Assembly (NCBI GenBank): GCA_963775425.1
Contig: CAVZJB010000009.1
Span: 16,616-80,615 of the forward strand
Reading direction: 5' to 3'
Origin: an uncultured delta proteobacterium
GTDB lineage: Bacteria; Myxococcota; UBA727; VGSZ01
DNA: 64,000 bases
The notes under the pieces were generated by a model. It was not told the DNA's origin. It was given only the letters and a program-made list of their open reading frames with translations, and ran no database searches. Positions within the stretch are counted from its first letter, which is position 1, and each line of letters begins with the position of its first letter. The position numbers were made by a program, and so were the translations under genes. This document shows positions 9,153 to 19,157 of this stretch, in pieces.

Positions 9153-10621
9153 TCGTGGTCCTCGTCGTTGTCGTCGTCGCTATCTTTGGGGATGTAGGCG
9201 GGCGGCAAACCGGTGGCGGCGTAGTCCGCCATGAGCCTCTTCAAGAGCGGCGCGATCCCGGCCGGCGCCGGCGGGAGCGATGGCGGATCGGCCGAGAGCG
9301 CCCGGCGCCCACCGGCAGCGTTCTTGTGTTTGTCGAGCGGCAGGAGTGTGGTGAGGTGCTTGCCGGTGCGGTGGTCGACGAGGTCGATGCTCGACAGGTC
9401 CCACCGAGCGACGCGCACGCTGGGGCGCAGCAGGGTGCGGTAGGTGGAGGGGATCTCGAAGCGGACGCCCTCCACGGTGATGGTGCCGTCGCTTCTGCGC
9501 TGCGTGCGCCGCACCTCCATGCGGAAGGCGCGGCGGAGCTCGTCACTCGAGGGGCACGGCCGCCCGAGGTCAGGGCCCCGCAAGAACCGCTCGAGCGGCG
9601 TCTCGCCGATCTCGTCGTGCCTCTTCCGGTTGTACTCGCCCTCGACCCACGCCTGGGTGGCGCGGTTGAGGAGCTCGAGGGTGAGCTCCTTTTCGCCCTC
9701 GAGCATCGCCATGAGGCGGGCCTCGACCTGGCCCCAGAAGGACTCCTGCTTGCCGTTCTGCTCCGGCGTCTCGGGCAGCGTCGTGTGGTGCGTGATCGAG
9801 AGGCGCTCGAGCCCCTGCGCGCTCTCGGCGGCGAGGAACGCCTTGCCGTTGTCCGAGAGCAGCGCCCGCGGCAGCCCGCGCTTCATGAGCGCCTGGCTGA
9901 AGCCGTGTACGAAGGACTCAGCCTTCTCCTCGCCGAGGTACCACTGCAGGTGGCAGCACAGCCGGGAGTGATCGTCGAGGACGCCGAACGCCACCGGCTT
10001 CTGCCACTCGCCGCTCGGCAAGAGCACCTTGCGCTTGCACTCGTGGAAGTCCGTGTGCCACAGCGCGTTCGTGTGCTCCACCTCGAACGAGCGGCGCTCC
10101 CTGGGAACGAAGGAGGGATCAGCCTCGTGTCGACGAGCCCGGCGGGCCTTCTGGAGGCCGTTGCGCTTCATGTACCGGCAGACGCTCGCGTAGCCCGGCA
10201 GGGGCACGAGCGTCGCGTCCTCCGCCGCGAGCGCCTTCAGGTTGTCGAAGACGAGCTGGAACGTCCAGCGTGGGTGCTGCTTGCGGAGGAGCCTGATCTT
10301 CGCGGCGACGGCCACGGAGATACTCGGCTGCGTACCCGCGTGCCTGGGCACCCTGCGCTCGAGCGCCTTGATCGGGTCCGGCTCGTCCTTGGCGGTGTAG
10401 TACCAGCGCTCGATCGTCTTCGGGCTGAAGCGGATGGTTTCGCCGGTCGTCGGGTGACGCCAAGGCTTGTTGGCGAGAGCCTCGATGCGTGCCCAGAGCT
10501 CGCCGGCCTCCGCGGGCGCGCTCAGGAGCGGCCCGATGATCGCAAAGCGCAAGCGTGCCCAGCGCACGCGCGGCGGCGTGTCGTTGTCGTTGGCCATGGG
10601 GATCTCCGTCGGGCGCGACAT
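9149..10621 (-). CDS. tniA: TniA/TnsB-like DDE transposase (N-terminal HTH, rve integrase core, Mu-transposase C-terminal domain)
   Basis: …HTDFHECK…DNGKAF…E… catalytic region, C-terminal TVEGVRFEIPSTYRTLLRPSVRVARWDLSSIDLV barrel; alternative start at 10597 (MANDND). Confidence 0.8.
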   Translation of the reverse strand: MSRPTEIPMANDNDTPPRVRWARLRFAIIGPLLSAPAEAGELWARIEALANKPWRHPTTGETIRFSPKTIERWYYTAKDEPDPIKALERRVPRHAGTQPSISVAVAAKIRLLRKQHPRWTFQLVFDNLKALAAEDATLVPLPGYASVCRYMKRNGLQKARRARRHEADPSFVPRERRSFEVEHTNALWHTDFHECKRKVLLPSGEWQKPVAFGVLDDHSRLCCHLQWYLGEEKAESFVHGFSQALMKRGLPRALLSDNGKAFLAAESAQGLERLSITHHTTLPETPEQNGKQESFWGQVEARLMAMLEGEKELTLELLNRATQAWVEGEYNRKRHDEIGETPLERFLRGPDLGRPCPSSDELRRAFRMEVRRTQRRSDGTITVEGVRFEIPSTYRTLLRPSVRVARWDLSSIDLVDHRTGKHLTTLLPLDKHKNAAGGRRALSADPPSLPPAPAGIAPLLKRLMADYAATGLPPAYIPKDSDDDNDEDHE

Positions 10622-10668
10622 CTACCCGACCGAGCACGCTCTCGAGAAATGCCAACTTCTGCGCGAGC

Positions 10669-11253
10669 TCAGCCGGCCCGCAGGAAACGTGGCGCATCGG
10701 GGCACGACTGCGTCGTCACCGGCGCCAGGAGCTGCGCCGCCGTCACCATCACCCGCTCGACGTCGAGAGGGCCCAGCGCCTGCGCGAGACGTTCGAGGAG
10801 CGACTTCGGCAGCTCAGCCCCGGCAGGCGGTGGCGGCGCGAACCGAGCCCGCAGCTCCGTCCACGTTGGCAGCGCCGGGAAGATCACCTGCCACCAGCCG
10901 AGCCACCGCCGCACCGTCCGCACGGGCACCCCTGCCGCCGTCACGCTGCCGCAGAGCGCCCACAGGCTGGCCAGGAGCACCACGGCACCAAGGTAGACCC
11001 GCCGCCCCAGGAACCTCACCGACGGCGGCTGAGTACGTCGACGGCACGCACCGCAGCAGAGGCTGAACCGCACGTTGAACGCCTCGCCCGCGGCCGCCAC
11101 CAGCGCACCCCGCGGCTTCCTCGGGTAGTCCCCCCGGTGCAGCGGCCCCTCGCACCGCCGGCATCCTGCTGCCGCAACGGCCTGGGTGATCTGTCTGTCC
11201 ATCTCCACGAGCAAGGCGAAGAACTCGGCGCCGAACATCGCTCCGTGCCACAC
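10669..11253 (-). CDS. Hypothetical Cys-rich (CxxC…CCGxC) protein with a hydrophobic segment, upstream of and co-oriented with tniA
   Basis: ORF with non-junk composition (MFGAEFFALLVEMDRQITQAV…CRRCEGPLHRGDYPRKPRG…CCGACRRR…VYLGAVVLLASLWALCG). Confidence 0.4.
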   Translation of the reverse strand: MWHGAMFGAEFFALLVEMDRQITQAVAAAGCRRCEGPLHRGDYPRKPRGALVAAAGEAFNVRFSLCCGACRRRTQPPSVRFLGRRVYLGAVVLLASLWALCGSVTAAGVPVRTVRRWLGWWQVIFPALPTWTELRARFAPPPPAGAELPKSLLERLAQALGPLDVERVMVTAAQLLAPVTTQSCPDAPRFLRAG

Positions 11254-11543
11254 TGACCACCTCCGCTTCTCAGCAATTCGGAGATGGGCCCCCGCAGGAG
11301 CTTTCTCAAGTTTTCTGCGGGGGCTTCTTGCTCTCCCCTCAAGAAACTTGATCAGGAAGGGGCATGCGGCCCGCGATCTTCGTGGTCGTGCTCAACCGTG
11401 CGACGGATCCTGTCGCGCAGACTATCCCTCAGGTCTACTCGGTGCTGCGACCGTTCTTGACGCACCCCTGCGACATGATCCCCCGATGAGCGCTCGAATC
11501 CCAGGTTCAAGCGACGTCGGTCGACGTCGAAAGCGAGGGCGAG

Positions 11544-12509
11544 ATGAGTGACGTTCCCGGCACCGCGGTCGCAGTCTGGCACCCGTCAACCCGACCCGTG
11601 GGCGACCTCGCGCTCGACACGGCTGCTGACTGGCCGTGGCACGCCCAGAGTCTTTGCGAGGCGCGTCGCGCTCGGCTCCACGCCCGCGCCTTCGCGGTCG
11701 TCGTCGCTGCGCGCAGCACGGGTCGCGTGCGGCTTGAGTCGCGGCTCTGCTTCGCCGAGCGCACCGGGCCACCGGGAGCGATCGTCCTGGGTTCGCACCC
11801 CGCTTGTGACGTCACGAACCTGCACGGCACCTGCCTGCGGCACGCGCTCGTTCTGGGGTGGCCCGATGCTCGCATCGACGTCCTCGATCTGCGGACAGGC
11901 GTCGGTATCGGCGTCGATGACGCACGGTGCGCGCGCGTGTTCGGGAGCAAGGCGGTCCGGTTCAGCGTTGGTGACGCGGAAGTCTTCGTCGCCGAGGCCG
12001 CGCCGGGCGAAGAGCTTCGCCTCTCGTGGGGGGAGCTTGAGCGTCGGGTGAATGGCGCTCGCCCGACGTGGGCGCCCCGCGCCCACGTCGCTCGCCAAAG
12101 ATCGCACGAAGCGACGAGCGCGTTGCGGGAGTCCACGGCGACGCGCTACGGGCTCACGATCGCGCTTCGGGAGCAGCAGCGCGCCGTCCGCAGCGACGAG
12201 GGCGGCCGGCGAATCGTCGTCACGTCGACGATCGAGGAGCTCGAGCGCGGGGTTGTGATCGGGCGCTACGACCGCTGCGATGTCCAGGGGCCGCTTGCCG
12301 GGGACAACAACGTCTCGCGGGTCCACGCTGTCGTCGTCCTCAGGGACAACAAGCTCTTCATCGTCGATGCCGCCTCCACAAACGGCACTCAGGTGCGCGG
12401 GGCTGGCCTCCGAGAGGCCGCCGACCTCTTCGGCGCCGAGCGGGCCCATGAGCTCCGGGCCGAGGAGACCATCCACGTCTGCGGTCACCGGGTCGAGATT
12501 GTCGTGTGA
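11544..12509 (+). CDS. Tandem FHA-domain protein (phosphothreonine-binding)
   Basis: C-terminal FHA: VVIGRYDRCDV…VSRVHAVVVLRDNKLFIVDAASTNGTQV; N-terminal FHA-like region; precedes the AddB-like gene. Confidence 0.7.
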   Translation: MSDVPGTAVAVWHPSTRPVGDLALDTAADWPWHAQSLCEARRARLHARAFAVVVAARSTGRVRLESRLCFAERTGPPGAIVLGSHPACDVTNLHGTCLRHALVLGWPDARIDVLDLRTGVGIGVDDARCARVFGSKAVRFSVGDAEVFVAEAAPGEELRLSWGELERRVNGARPTWAPRAHVARQRSHEATSALRESTATRYGLTIALREQQRAVRSDEGGRRIVVTSTIEELERGVVIGRYDRCDVQGPLAGDNNVSRVHAVVVLRDNKLFIVDAASTNGTQVRGAGLREAADLFGAERAHELRAEETIHVCGHRVEIVV

Positions 12510-12775
12510 ACGGAGATGACCATCACCAGTTCGAGGAGGCCTGGGCGGGCGGCGTTTCGCGCCGGGGAACACCCCAACAAGATCGAACTGCTCGCAGAGG
12601 GAGCCCGCACGGGCGTTCAGGCGGCGTTTTTGTGCAACTCCCTCCTAGACCCACGAGATTTCAAGGAGTTACATCGTGACGCACGGACGTTCCCGGGTTG
12701 TCCCCAACAGGCTTTGCGGGCGACCTTCTTCCTGCGGTGTTTGCCGGCACCGCCCGGTGAAGCGGCACAAGATCC

Positions 12776-15364
12776 ATGCACGTCGTCTTTGATCTCGACT
12801 TTGATGAAGGCAGCTGGCCGGGGCCATCCGATCAGGGGGCGACCGTTGGCGAAGCTTGGCTTGGTCCGAACGGCTTGGTGTCCAGGCTCGAGCTCTCGCT
12901 CGGGCTCAACGGGATCTTCCCGACCAAAGCTCAGCGTGTAGCTTGTCTTGTTTCGCGTTTGGGGAAGCCCGGGTTTTGGTCCGGATCGGCGTTGGTCGAT
13001 CCGATCGGCACCGCAGTCCGTCTGCTCGACTGGCGCGACGACCTCTGGAGCCATGGCTGGCGAGGGCAAAAGACGGGCGCCCAACGTCTCGATGCGATCG
13101 CTGAGCTAGCCGGCGATATCAACGGAGGAGCACCGGACCGACTCTCGTCGATCACGAACACGCTCGATCGACGCAGGACGGACGTCACGAAGATCGAGCT
13201 CGGAACCCCTCGGGAACATCTTCCTGCGATCTGGCGAGAAGTCCTGACGAAGCTCGCCGACCGTCGCGTCATGGTCCGCGATGCTGCGTTCCGGCCCGCG
13301 TCATCGACGGGCAACCTTGCAAACGCGCGTCGCGACGGCTTTCAACCGTCCTTCTCCGACCCAAGCCTTCAACTCCTTCGGCCGCCGGGTCCTCTCGCCG
13401 CCGCCGAGCTCGTCGCGGCCTACCTTGCCAGCGTCAACGACGCGTCGACCACGGTGGTCGTCGGTGGCGACCCGATTCTCGACGAGGCCATGCGACGGTT
13501 TGCCCGACCCACGGCGGGCGCCTGCTACCCGGCCCAAGAGAACGCTCTGACGCAGCTCCTCGGCAACGTGTTGGAACTGGCGTGGTCGCCCGTGCACCCC
13601 GATCGGGCCTTCGAGCTTCTTTCACATCCCGATGGACCGATCCCGGCGGTCTGTGCGCGGCCCCTTCGTCGCGCCCTTCAAGAGTGGCCGTCAACGACAG
13701 CGTCGACGTGGATGCAGGGCCTCGAGGACGCATTGGCCGCAATCGACGACCTGAAGCGCCGAGCCGATATCCGCCAACGCATTGAGACCTTCTTCACGCC
13801 GGCGAGCTCGGCGGAGGTGGGCCTCAACCAACTCGAGCCGCGCGTGGTGGCGCTTCAACATTGGCTTCGGGCGCGTGCCGCCACGTCGACGACACCCGAC
13901 GACTACCTGGCTGCCGCAGCGCAATCGACTTCCTTCCTTGAGCTCGTTCGCGCGAGCGGCCTTGCTGTCCTCACCAAGACACAGGCGCGACAGATGGTGG
14001 CGCTCGCATCGCCGTCTAAGGGGACGAGTCGCTTTCCCGCTGAGGCTCATCTCCACTCTGTGGGACAGCCAGGCGGCGTCGCCGCACCGGCTGACAGAAT
14101 TGTCTGGTGGAACTTCACGGAGGTGGCCGGCGCTCGCCTGCCGACCGCGTCTCTCACAAACACAGAACGCGCCAGCCTCAAGAGCATCGGCGTGAGCGTG
14201 CAGACGAGAGGTGATGCAGCGCAACGCGCCGCACATCGCTATAAGCGGCCGCTTTGGCGCGCGAACCGCACGCTCCTCCTCGTGTGCCCCGAGGTTGGGG
14301 TTGACGGGGAGCAGGTCCATCCGCATCCGCTCTGGGATGAAATCACGGCGCGGCTCGTGCGCAGCGACGACCGACGAGCGCTGCTCAGAACCGCTCCGGT
14401 TTTGGAGTCTGAGCTTTCTCAGTCGGCACGCCCGCGAGCAGCGGTGGTCGCCCCGCGACGAGCGTGGTCGGTGCCGGCAGGCACGGTTGGAGCGCGGCCC
14501 AAGGAGTCCCCGTCGAGCATCGGCACGCTTGTGGGGTGTCCCCTCCGTTGGGCGCTCACCTACCACGCGCGGCTGAGCAACGCTCCGGCGGCAGCTGCGA
14601 GAGTCGACGGACGGCTCTACGGCCTCATCGCGCACGAACTCCTTGCAGAGCTAGGGCGCAGCGGATCGTTCTCGTTGGCGAACATCACTGACGTCGCACG
14701 GCAGCTTTTCGATAAACGCGTCGGCGACCTTGCGTCGGCGCTCTTCCTCCCAGGCGCACACCATGAACGAGCGCAACTGCGAGAGGTGATCGCTGCAGCA
14801 GCAACGCGGGTCGGCGCCCTCGTCCAGAAGCACGGATTCACCGTCGTCGAGGTCGAGACGGAGAGAAGCCGCACCATCGCGTCCATTCCTCTTACCGGCA
14901 CGCCTGATCTGGTGCTCCGCGCTCCAGGCGGAACTTCCGTCGTCGTCGACTTCAAGTGGGGTGGGGAGAGCGTCCATCGCGAAGCGCTGAAGAACGGTGC
15001 CGCTCACCAATTGGCCGCGTACGTCGAGCTCGTCGCCGACGGCGGTGGCCCACGACCAGCGGCGGCCTACTACGTGCTCCGTGCGCAGCGCATCATCGCG
15101 GACACGATCGGTTTGTTGCCCGACGCCGAAGAGCTCGCGTTCGTCAGCAGCGCTGATTGCTGGGACGCGACGGTGAAGGCGTACGACGAGGCGATAGCTG
15201 GATTCTCAACCGGCGTCTGCGCGTCTGGGGTTGCAGACGAAGCGCACCAAGACCTCCCCGAACGCGGCGAGATCGTGGATGGGCGGCTGAGCCTGCCCGC
15301 GCCGTGCGGTTTCTGCGATTTCCATCATCTCTGCGGACACGCCCAGCAGCAGGGGCAACGCTGA
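12776..15364 (+). CDS. AddB-like PD-(D/E)xK nuclease with C-terminal Fe-S cysteine cluster (no Walker A seen)
   Basis: …VVVDFKWGGESVHREALKNGAAHQLAAYVEL… (RecB-type nuclease motif) and C-terminal CGFCDFHHLC; 1-nt spacer to the downstream helicase. Confidence 0.65.
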   Translation: MHVVFDLDFDEGSWPGPSDQGATVGEAWLGPNGLVSRLELSLGLNGIFPTKAQRVACLVSRLGKPGFWSGSALVDPIGTAVRLLDWRDDLWSHGWRGQKTGAQRLDAIAELAGDINGGAPDRLSSITNTLDRRRTDVTKIELGTPREHLPAIWREVLTKLADRRVMVRDAAFRPASSTGNLANARRDGFQPSFSDPSLQLLRPPGPLAAAELVAAYLASVNDASTTVVVGGDPILDEAMRRFARPTAGACYPAQENALTQLLGNVLELAWSPVHPDRAFELLSHPDGPIPAVCARPLRRALQEWPSTTASTWMQGLEDALAAIDDLKRRADIRQRIETFFTPASSAEVGLNQLEPRVVALQHWLRARAATSTTPDDYLAAAAQSTSFLELVRASGLAVLTKTQARQMVALASPSKGTSRFPAEAHLHSVGQPGGVAAPADRIVWWNFTEVAGARLPTASLTNTERASLKSIGVSVQTRGDAAQRAAHRYKRPLWRANRTLLLVCPEVGVDGEQVHPHPLWDEITARLVRSDDRRALLRTAPVLESELSQSARPRAAVVAPRRAWSVPAGTVGARPKESPSSIGTLVGCPLRWALTYHARLSNAPAAAARVDGRLYGLIAHELLAELGRSGSFSLANITDVARQLFDKRVGDLASALFLPGAHHERAQLREVIAAAATRVGALVQKHGFTVVEVETERSRTIASIPLTGTPDLVLRAPGGTSVVVDFKWGGESVHREALKNGAAHQLAAYVELVADGGGPRPAAAYYVLRAQRIIADTIGLLPDAEELAFVSSADCWDATVKAYDEAIAGFSTGVCASGVADEAHQDLPERGEIVDGRLSLPAPCGFCDFHHLCGHAQQQGQR

Positions 15365-15365
15365 G

Positions 15366-18300
15366 ATGAAGAACATCCAGATCATCTCGGCGTCGGCCGG
15401 CAGCGGAAAGACGACGAGGCTCGCCCGCGAGCTTGAGAACGCCGTGTCCGTGGGAGGTGTTAGCCCCGATTCGATCCTTGCCACGACGTTCACTCGCAAA
15501 GCTGCATCAGAGCTCTTGGAACGCGGCCGAACGGTGCTGCTTGCTGCCGGCCGCGTCGATGAAGCAGAGCGCTTCGGTGCGGCGCGAATCGGCACGGTCA
15601 ACGCGGTCTGCGGCCGGTTGGTCGCCGACTTTGCCTTTGAGCTCGGCGTGTCACCGGACCTCGAGGTGCTCGACGAGAAGAGAGCTGGCGAGTCGTTCAA
15701 GCGCTGCCTCAGCGACGTCGTCACAAAGCAGGAGCTTGCGCGCCTTACGGAAATCGGAACGCGCTTTTACGAGTTCGATTGGCAGCACGCCGTGCAACGG
15801 CTCGTGGAGCTGGCGCGAACGAATGGGATCGCTGTCGAGGAGGTTCCTGTCTCGAAGGCGAGCTCGACTTCTCGGCTACCAAGCGCTGCTCGGTACAGCG
15901 GAGCCGGACGGCATCGCCATCGACGCAGCCCTTGTCGAGGCGCTTGAGGGCTTCATTGCGGGCGTGGAAGCGAACCAGGTATCCGGCGTCGACGCTACCA
16001 GCGGGACCGCCGAGGCTTTGGCGGAAGCCCGGCGCTCCCTGAACGACATGCGAGCCCTGGGCTGCCAGGAATGGCGCCGATGGGTGAAGCTCGCGAAGCT
16101 GCAGACGCGCAAAAAGTCGGAGCATCTCTTGCCCCCGCTGCACGAGGCTGCGCTGCGGGTGCACTCGCATCCGGCGCTGCATGCAGACGCGCGGGACGCC
16201 ATCGAGATCGTGTTCGACGTCGCTGCGCGAAGTCTGGCTGCGTACAGCGCGTACAAGAACGAGCGACGCGCGATGGACTTCGTTGACCAGGAAGCGCTCG
16301 CTCTTCGCCTTCTGCGATTGCCTCCAGTCGCAGAGCAGTTGCGCGAGGAGATCTCGCTCGTCTTGGTGGATGAGTTTCAGGACACGAGCCCCATTCAGCT
16401 CGCGATCTTTCTCGAGCTCGCCGGCATCGCGAAGAAGAACATCTGGGTCGGCGATCAGAAGCAAGCCATCTACGGATTTCGCGGCACCGATCCCGCCTTG
16501 ATGGATGCCGTCGTCATCGAAATCCTCGGCGACGCCGAGCCCATCACGCTGTCGACGTCTTACCGAAGTCGGCCGGCGCTGGTGAAGCTGACCAGCGAGG
16601 TCTTCTCGAAAGCGTTCTCGCTGCAGGGCCTTCCCGAAAGCCGCGTGCGACTCACGCCGGGAAACCCGCAAGAGGCGGCAGGGCTCGGGCCTATCGTTGA
16701 GAGATGGACGCTGGGGAGCAAGAACCAGGAAGCCGATGCGCGCGCCCTTGCCGGCACCCTGCGATCGTTTCTCGCCGATGACGATGTTCGTATCCGCGAC
16801 CGTGGTTCGAACGCAGCCCGCAAGATCCGCCCGCTCGACACCGCCGTTCTCTGTCGGCGGCGAGCGATGTGCGCGCTGGTCGCTGCGGAGCTCGCAGCCG
16901 CTGGCGTTGCTGCGGTGTTGCCGCGGACCGGCTTGCTGCGTACGCCCGAAGGTCGGCTCCTGCTCGATGGCCTTCGCCTCTGGGCAGATCCTGACGATGC
17001 CCTCGCGGCTGCCGAGGTTGCCCGGTTCGTCTCCCTGGTGGACGACGCTGACGGTTGGCTCCTCACCGCATTGCAGAACCCCTACGGCCAGAAGTTCCGG
17101 GAAGCGGAGCCCGTGGCCACGGTACTCGCTGTTCGCGCGGCAAAGCCCCACCTCGGTCCCCTGTCGGCTACGGACGAGGTCATGACTGCGCTCGGGATTC
17201 GCGAGCTGTGCCTTCGCTGGGGGAATGCCGCCCAGCGGTTGGGCAACCTGGATGCCTTTCGTGCACACGTCGTCGCGTTTGCCGCGCGTGCGAGCGAAGA
17301 CGGCATCGCGGCCACAGTCTCGAGTCTGGTGAACGACCTCGCCCGGCTCGAAGAGGAGGACGAGGACTCGCAAGCCGTCGTTGGCTCAGCGGACGCCGTC
17401 ACGGTGACGACGTGGCACGCAGCCAAAGGCCTCGAGTGGCCGGTGACTGTTCTTTTTCAGCTCGAGAAGGATCCGATCGTCGCATCTTTGGGTGTCCACG
17501 CCGACGCAACAACAGCGGCGGTCAACTTCACCGATCCGCTGGCCGGCCGACGTGTCCGATTCTGGCCGAACCCCTTCCATCCAAACCAGACCGACACGCC
17601 GTTTCACGAGCGTCTCTCACAGACCGAGGAGCACCTGCGCGCGGAAGCGCGTGAGCAAAGCCAGGAGCTTCGGCTCTTGTACGTCGGGTGGACGCGAGCG
17701 AGAGACCGCGTGGTGCTGGCCGGCCGCGGGAGCCTGACCGCTGGCATCCTCGGGTTTCTTCGCGACGCGAACGGGCCGTTGCTGGTTGCTCCGAAGCCCA
17801 CAGCAGACATTGGACCCGCGAGTGACGTCGTGTGGGCCGGGGAGGCAGTTGCGCTCCGTGAGCGTATGGCCGCCGTCGACTCTGCAGAGACAGCCGAGCT
17901 CGCGCTCGAAGTCGCGTTCGATGCGCCAGCTCCAAGGCTGTACGCGCCTGCTTTTCTCGCGCCGTCATCGATCGCAACCGAAGGCACGAATTCGCCACCC
18001 ATCGTCATCGGTCAGCCAGTGCCGCTCCCGGGCGACCTCGACATGGCGGCGCTGGGAAATGCGCTCCATGGCTTCTTTGCCGCCGACCTGCCCGGCCTTA
18101 CAGCCGAAGGACGCGTCGAGCTCGCTGCGGAGCTGCTGCGCAACTGGCGCGTCGGTGAAGCACTGGACCCCAACAGCGTCGTCACCATGAGCGATCGCTT
18201 GCGGACGTTCGTGAACGGGCGTTGGCCCAATTGCGCTTGGCATCGAGAGTGGTCGGTCGAACGCGTCCTCGATGGCGGCACCCGACTTCGCGGGGCGGCC

Positions 18301-18525
18301 GATCTGGTTCTTGAAACCACAGATGGCTTCGTCGTCATCGACCACAAGAGCTATCCGAACCCGGGCGGAGCTGAAGAGCACGCACGAGCCTTTGCAGGGC
18401 AACTCCACGCTTACGCCGGTGGCATTGAAGCCGCGCGGAAGCGACCCACCCTCGCCACTCTCGTGCACTTCCCCGTCGCCGGTCTCATGGTGCCGGTCGG
18501 CCTCGCGGCCGTGGTGGCTCCATGA
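15366..18525 (+). CDS. AddA-like UvrD/PcrA superfamily-1 helicase with C-terminal RecB-type nuclease; carries an apparent 1-bp frameshift near 15860
   Basis: Walker A ASAGSGKTT, motif III VLVDEFQDTSPIQ, motif IV GDQKQAIYGFRG, C-terminal FVVIDHKSY; two overlapping track ORFs (15366..15947 and 15433..18525) have to be joined; stop overlaps the brxA ATG (ATGA). Confidence 0.65.
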
Positions 18526-19157
18526 GGACCACTCCATCGACGTCGTCCAAGAAGGGGCCGGTCTACAGCGCCGACATCACCAAAGGCGCGTTGATGATCC
18601 CCGAGAGCCGCGTCGTCGCCAACGTCTTGCTGCAGTCGCCGCAGCTCTCGTCCGCAGAGTGGGAGGCGCAGGTTGTGCGGGAGAACATGTTGCAGAAGCG
18701 AAGCCCGGTGACAGCGCGCAGCCGCGCACGCTACCTGCGCGCCCGACTCTCGGTGGGCCCCGCGACGTTGCTTCCGCTGTTGGCGCGGGGCGATACTGAG
18801 CTCGCTGCACAAGCCGCCATGGCGCTTGCCATCAAACACAGCCGCCTCCTCGGCGACTACCTCGACCAGGTCGTGAGGCTTCAGCGGCTTCGCCAGCAAC
18901 CCTCGCTCGTCGCGAAGGATTGGGCCGCCTTCCTCGACAACGCGGAAGGCTACGCGCCCGAAGTGCATGCATGGAGCACCTCCACCCGGCAGAAGCTGGG
19001 GCAGGTTGTACACCAGGCGATGAGCGAGGCGGGCTATCTCGCCGACACGAAGTCCAAGCGCCTGCAACCCGTTCGAGTGCGCGCCGAGATCAGGCGTGTG
19101 CTCGACGATGCGCGAGAGGAATACGTGCTGCGATGTCTGGGGGTTGCGGAAGCATGA
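18522..19157 (+). CDS. brxA: BREX protein BrxA (DUF1819)
   Basis: ~210 aa, position first in the BREX set, conserved SAEWEAQVVRENMLQKRS…RARYLRARL pattern; stop overlaps the brxB ATG. Confidence 0.75.
   Translation: MRTTPSTSSKKGPVYSADITKGALMIPESRVVANVLLQSPQLSSAEWEAQVVRENMLQKRSPVTARSRARYLRARLSVGPATLLPLLARGDTELAAQAAMALAIKHSRLLGDYLDQVVRLQRLRQQPSLVAKDWAAFLDNAEGYAPEVHAWSTSTRQKLGQVVHQAMSEAGYLADTKSKRLQPVRVRAEIRRVLDDAREEYVLRCLGVAEA

Larger units (their letters stand above)
7995..11335 (-). mobile_element. Putative TniA/TniB-type transposable unit (4 co-directional ORFs, ~3.3 kb); ends tentative
   Basis: TniA (HTH + rve + Mu-transposase C-terminus) and TniB (AAA) with ATGA coupling plus two small ORFs; similar GTTTTCTG(A/C)GGGGCC motifs near 7995-8010 and 11311-11324; 10-bp-stem hairpin at 11287-11324. 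Confidence 0.4.

Noticed and set aside
18522-19157. Alternative that brxA starts at internal MIPESR and that the helicase/brxA ATGA overlap is incidental
   Set aside because: Cannot be excluded, but the upstream ATG gives a BrxA-typical length and the 4-nt overlap pattern recurs throughout this operon; kept as the primary call.
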